From Geosiphon pyriformis uo1 (Eukaryota > Fungi > Glomeromycota), in NCBI GenBank assembly GCA_016748015.1, contig JAAOMT010000038.1:24527-52383 (forward strand): a stretch of DNA of 27,857 nt, in the 5' to 3' direction. This document shows, one piece after another, positions 21,840 through 27,857 of the stretch; the stretch's first letter is position 1, and each line of letters begins with the position of its first letter. The notes below the pieces were generated by a model. It did not search any database and was not told where the DNA came from. It saw only the letters and a list, made by a program, of their open reading frames with translations. A program made the translations under genes and the position numbers.

Positions 21840-22320
21840 AGACAAAAGCTATTACGCTTCTAAAATAAGGATGAAAGTTCGGTGTCAAAATTAAGTAATA
21901 CACAAAGCAACCTATCTCAACTGTGCGATAGAACGTCAAAAAGTTGGAAAAACTAGCTTGTCATATCATAGATACTAATTTATTTTGAAACAGGAGTTGG
22001 GAATACTTGGCAACAAATGGAACTTTCAATGTGATAACGATCCCAAGCATACAAATCGAGTAGTTAAAATGTAACTAAAGTTATTGACTGCCATCTACAT
22101 CCTACTGAAAAAAATATATGAGTGATCGTCAAACATAGATGATTTCGGAACGAAGAATGAAATTCTTCGTTCCGAAATCAATTCAACGCCGCGGCGTTGC
22201 GAGTTGATTATCGAGAGTGAAGGCGAAAGAATCGCATGTTAAATAAAAATCTATTGCTTTCTAACAATATATTTGTCCATATGGTTGCATGTGCCTAATA
22301 ATTTTTTGTTACCCACTGCA
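21840..22320 (+). mobile_element. Second degenerate Tc1/mariner element (internally deleted, 3' part with right end)
   Basis: WNFQCDNDPKHTNRVVK (22018-22068; Tc1 FQQDNDPKH), NI*VIVKHR, and C-terminus INSTPRRCELIIESEGERIAC* (stop 22240-22242; Tc1 SMPRR.....G). It ends in ...GTTACCCACTG-CA at 22318-22320, resembling the Tc1 CACTG-TA terminus. Confidence 0.88.
22140..22180. repeat. Perfect 19-bp inverted repeat with 3-nt loop
   Basis: TGATTTCGGAACGAAGAAT-GAA-ATTCTTCGTTCCGAAATCA. Confidence 0.95.
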
Positions 22321-25300
22321 TTTGTGATTTTGCCAAAATCGAAAAACCAAATTCCCGAGTAACACAAGTTTTGTGGTTTTGTGGTTTTGTGTATCATGTA
22401 AGAAATTAAACGAGTCTTACACTCAACAATTTTTCCTAAATTACAAATGCAGCTTCCAAATGGCCTTTTTAGGGAAATTAAAATTTAGAGCCATCACCGG
22501 GGAGCTTTACAAAATACACGATTAATAATAAAAAATATTTAAAATTATTTGTCTTCTCAATATAAATATAAATTTTTAATGGTTCTAAATTAAATTTGGT
22601 ATTACACAATTAAGCAGTAGCAATTTAAAAATAGTAAATAAGATTGTGCATTTAAATGCGGCTGAATCATATAAAATGTGAACTAATGACAATAAATATG
22701 ATCCATTATTCACTAGATGTTTTACTTAAAGAGATTCTTGTGCGCTTCCAGAAAAATTTATCAATGTGAATATGAATGGATGAGATTATTCGATTAACTC
22801 AAGTGGAGATGAAGCAAAACATCAAGATTTTTAAATATATCGCATTTATTTTCTACTTTATTTAATAGATATAAGATCATTTTCAGTTGGTAATTATAAT
22901 TATATTTGTTATCTATAAGATTATTATAGCAGATTTTTTATACATAAATATTTTAACAGAAAGAATAAATAAAATTTATTTTTTGTTGTGACAATAAAAA
23001 ATTTTTATAACATCAGTTGTTACAAATTTAATTTTTCCTGGCCAGGAAACAAAAATAACTAATAATGTTTGAATCACAAAATTGTATTAAGTGTGTTGAT
23101 AATGTAGTTGAAAACAAATTAAAGAAATATTAAAAAAAATTAGCTATGAATATTCAACTAATTAATTACCATATATTTTACTCTTTAAAATAAAAATTGT
23201 TTATCAAGATAAAAAATTATTAATGAATTATTTAATAAACTGCTTGATATAAATTCAAAATTTTAAATTAATAATTAAATTAATATGTCAATGTTTATTT
23301 TTAAATTTTTAAAATAGCAAAGTAAAAACTAATTTTTTTATTGTTTTTGATAAATATAAGCTAAAGTAATGAAAAAGCTTGTTTTTCACCTAAATAAAAT
23401 TATTATTATTTTAATGCTTTATTGACGGATATAATAAATGCGGATCATGCTTTTCTCACACGTGATCAGCAATCCGATTAACAAAAATATAATGTTAATA
23501 ATGATAAAATGTTTTAATTTAAATAAATTGCTTTGTATATTTTTAAGGTATAATGTTTTTTATGATTAATATTTGAATCTTAAAATAATAAATTTTAATA
23601 TTATAAATTGGTATTTTTATTTTCAATTAAACATTTTATAAAAAAAGGTTTTTACATTGTTACAAAAATGATTTATTGGTATTTTTAAATATTTCCGAAT
23701 TTCTATTTTAATGCTTTTATTGAAAATCGGTTTGCAAGTTGCTCTTTGTTGCAATAATTTTTTTTTAATAATGCTGATGATGGCTTATACTATTAGAAAT
23801 GGCTTATTATTCACAAGAAGCATACTGTCTAACTGATGAAAATGGGAAAATTGGAAATGGAATTGTTTTATATGCAATAAAATTTAAATGTTTTTTTGAA
23901 AATTACTTTTGTAATTGTTTGAGGTATGCAAGAAGTTTTTTTGGACCTAAGTCTATTAAATAAAATATGAAATTAAATACATAAAAAAACTATTTTATTA
24001 AAAACTTGGAAATAGTTGATTATTTAAAAAAATTATGTTTAAAATAATAGTTATAAGTCTTTTTTTATGTTTTAACAAAATGTGATTTAACTATTTAAAC
24101 ACATTCAACATATAGATACTCCATATTATACATGACTTATGTGCTCTTTACATGTAATCAACCATTTGAACTTACATCAAAATAACATTAAATTAAGTAT
24201 TGAAACTTTTTTAGATGCTTTTATTTTCTTAACAAAACTGTTTCAATGAAAATAGACTTAATTTTTCAAGTTTTTTTACTTTTTTGTTGTATTTCAGTGT
24301 AAAATTTAAAACATAAAATCAAGATTGATAATTAATCCAAATAAATATTATAAAACCAGCCAAATTAACTACAAATTTAATTACACTATAAATATGAATT
24401 TGTCTTATTTCTGTTTTTATATTAAATATATTAGCAACTTGTAATTTAGAAAATTAACTAATAATTTAAGCATATAAAAACAACTTAATAAATTAATTAA
24501 GGCGATTTTTTTTGGATTAAACAATTTAAAAATTTTTTTTAGCAAGACTAAACAAGTAGTTTTCAAATTTTATTAAACATAAATTTATCAGTTTTAATAA
24601 CAATAATATAAGTGTTTTTTAAGTTTTAAAAGTCACAATTATATATTTTTGATAGTAATTAAACTTAAGTAATTAAATAATACAATATGATTTATTACAA
24701 ATTTGGTTAATTATATCATTAATTTCATGTATTGTAAAATTAAAAAAGATCTTAAAAGTGTTTTTAAAACAATAATCTTTTTTTGATTTAAAAATCAAAA
24801 TTTTAATGCCATTTTTTTTACAAACTAAAGTCTTAAAATAAATTATAGCATATTATTACAAATTAACAGATTTTATCTTAATAATAACAATATTAAAAAA
24901 TATATCAAAAGCTATTACAAAGCATAATAGCAATAAAGTTAAAATAAAAATAAAAATTATAGCAAATTTTAATTTTTTTTTAAGAATTTTAATTTTTAAA
25001 TCAGTATATTTGTAAGAATAGCCAATTTTTTGTAATGTTTTATTTAAGTTAAAATGCTTTATAAAAATTTTTATTTTTAGATTATTTTTTATTATATTCA
25101 TTATATAAATATGTTGATTCTGTCTTTTTTGTATTAAAAAAATATGCTAATTTTTGGTTTAAAACCTAATATCAATTTAAAATGTATTTTAATATTGATT
25201 TTTACTTTAAATATTTTAATTTTGCAAGTTATCATTTTTGAATAATTAAATATCAGTTTAAATTAAAATTCAAAATATAGTAAATATTAATCTATTAGAA

Positions 25301-27319
25301 ATTAATATTAATTTTAAAATTATTAAAATTTGAAGTTCAATAATAATTTTTAATAATAAAAAAGAAAAATAATTGTTTTAATGTTAAAATAAATAAAAAA
25401 TTGAAGAGCTATATTTTTTTCAAACTTTCAAGTATTAAAACAATTTTATTTAAAAATTTGAATTTAACTAAGATACTCAAATACTAAAATACTATTTCTA
25501 AAAGAAGAAAAGCTTTTTTTTTATACATAATTTATGTAATTCTAAATAAAATCTTAGAATTCTTAATTTACATTAAAATATTTATACATTGCACAGAAAT
25601 TTTGCTGAATTTTGGTCTAACTACATGAATTTCAATAAATTTGGCATGCTTTTTACTGTTTTAAAAGAATTTGTAGTATTGTATATAATCTAAATGCCAC
25701 ATTTAGTTACTTTTTGTAAATCAGTGCTAATTTTCTTTAAAATTATTAGATAATAATAAATAAATAATTTAATTAATAATTTGAAAATGAATAATTAAAA
25801 AATATATCATTTTCAAATAATAAAAGTTCATCATATTTTTGAAAACGAAGTTGTAAAACATTAAAACTGTACTTTTAATTTTAATATTTTGTTAATATGA
25901 TTGATTGTAATTGTGAATTTAAGGTTTCATACTTGGTCTTTTTTTGAAGAAAGTCATGGATAGCTATTAATCTCAGAGCTAGAAGAGTTTTTTTTTATTT
26001 TCAAATTATAAAAGTTTTTTATAAAAAGCAAATTTAAGCGCATTTTGCTTAAAGTCATTCTTGCCAGTTTCAACAAAAAATAATGCGTTTGTAAGAGCTT
26101 TTATTTCAATAGCTTTTTTAATATTTAGCACCAATTTATATTTTGAAATTTCATAGGAGCAATTCTGACTTTCCTTTTTTTTGTGAACCAAGATTTGATC
26201 GGTTAGTACTAAGAAAAATTATAATGCTGTTGATGATTAACAAATCTAAAAATTATTTTTGTTTGGTGTGTATGATATTTGAAAAAGATATAGGCAAAAT
26301 GATCTCTTGAATAAATAAAGTGGCCAAAAAAGCTATCATTTTATTACTCAACTCAACGGGAAGTTTTATATGATTTCCGGGAATGAATTATTATTTAGAA
26401 AATATAATGTATTTGGAATTATTAATTAGGAATGAATTTACTTTTTCAAGTTAGAAGAAATCTCTGAATTTCAAGGAGATTAAATTTTTTCAATAGTTTC
26501 AAACTCCAAACTTATATTTAGAAAATTCGCAATTTATAGTAAGAAAAATGTAACACTTTTAGAGAATTAATTATGTATTAATCTTAGATTAAAATTTATT
26601 TTCTGCTCAGCCATTAGGTTAAAGAAAATCAGAATCAACGAAGCTGACAATGACAGAAATTCAATAAATTTTTTGTATACAAAGTAATGAGTTTGCGTTT
26701 TAAATTTATAAAAAATCTTAATATATAGAAAATATGGAACTTTATATCACCTCTCACCAGTTGCTAAATTTGCATGTTTCTATGTGTTTTTTTACTCAAT
26801 AGTAAACAAGGGAGCCAGTGAGTTCTCGTCAGCAATTTAGTAATAAAGATTAGGGAAAATTTACTTTTTTGACTTTGCAACTTAAATGTTTACTATTGAA
26901 AAACAAATTGGTTTAGAAATTTAATTTATATTAATGTTTGAACCTTAACCCGAATAAATAGTTTTACAAATAGTAGATATAAAAGTTTTTAATTATTTAA
27001 AAGATTTATGAAAAAATTCTTTGAAAAATATGTGAAATATTATTCTGAGAATTTTATAGCATACAGGGAAGATTTCAAAGCATTTATTTAAGATTTGAAC
27101 ACCTCATGTAGAGAAAGGTATTAAAACCGAGATAAATTTGAATATCATTTGGAAAATTGAGACAAAAAAATAGCTTAATTATACTTTGCTTTTATAAGTT
27201 TTAACCTTAGTACAAAATAATATGAATAATGTCTCATTTTTTTATTTTAAGAGTATAGCAGATACTTTGGGGTTATAGTTTTTAATGAAATTCTATGTAA
27301 ATAGCAACTTATGTAATTA

Positions 27320-27545
27320 TTTAAACCATATACGTGGAAATATTTGCTTTGGGGAGTAATTGTTGAGGACGATGCAATTTCTACTAATGACAGAATAACC
27401 GATACCGGAATTTGGGAGTTCTCCCATTTCTGCGGAGATCGGCCTTTTGCAGATGTCCCACATGAAGGTCACTTTAGCATCCATCAGTGGGAATTAAAAC
27501 CCTGGGATAAAGATCCAAAGAAAAGACCAAACTGCCTTTAAACTA
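27320..27545 (+). pseudogene. Protein kinase (tyrosine-kinase-like) pseudogene fragment, C-lobe
   Basis: GNI-[frameshift]-L (subdomain VIb end), RITDTG (DFG/DLG equivalent), then a jump to GIWEF...GDRPFADVPHEGH (subdomain IX, WE....G.RPF) and WDKDPKKRP (subdomain XI). The activation segment/APE region is missing. Fainter remnants may extend upstream to ~26600. Confidence 0.7.
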
Positions 27546-27857
27546 AATGAAACTTTTAATCGATGGATTACCGATATTTGTGATAATCCTTTACCGACAC
27601 TCATTCCCAACAGTTTGCTATAATTGAGGAATATAGATGGGTTATTCTAAGATCAAGCGATAATAAGTTTTTGCAAAAAACCAGTTACTTTGGAGAAATT
27701 TTTAATAAACCATTTATGAGAGTTTGCAAATTTAAGAAATCAATTTTTTGGATTTTATTTTAATTTCGTTAATATATTTAAAGAAATTCCATTTTCTTTT
27801 AATTAAAATTTGCATTCTTTTAATTTTTTTAAAAATTTTGTTTAGCAAAATATTTTT

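Noticed and set aside
24856-26191. ORFs 24856-25101 and 26006-26191 (and 5508-5699, 6260-6460, 6544-6729)
   Set aside because: I/K/N/F/L-biased chance ORFs expected from AT-rich composition.

Overview
Very AT-rich eukaryotic genomic DNA from a draft assembly, with an N-gap at 14456-14524 and an un-trimmed Nextera/Tn5 adapter at 19896-19914. Gene content (MATA-type HMG gene with a PFPP leader, TKL-type kinase remnant, proteinase-K-family subtilase remnant, spliceosomal introns) suggests an early-diverging fungus, probably Glomeromycotina/Mucoromycota (inference). Only two ORFs look intact, both on the minus strand, both without evident CDS introns and both probable transcription factors. One is a 205-aa MATA_HMG-box protein (4614-5231). 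The other is a ~518-aa protein (10229-11785) whose last ~80 aa align by eye with the animal POU-specific domain, with CUT-like features and no homeodomain following; this is the most notable observation. The rest is decayed sequence: a subtilase pseudogene, a secreted-protein pseudogene, a kinase pseudogene, two Tc1/mariner relics, other unidentified relics, microsatellites and palindromes. All protein assignments are by manual motif recognition; no database search was run.
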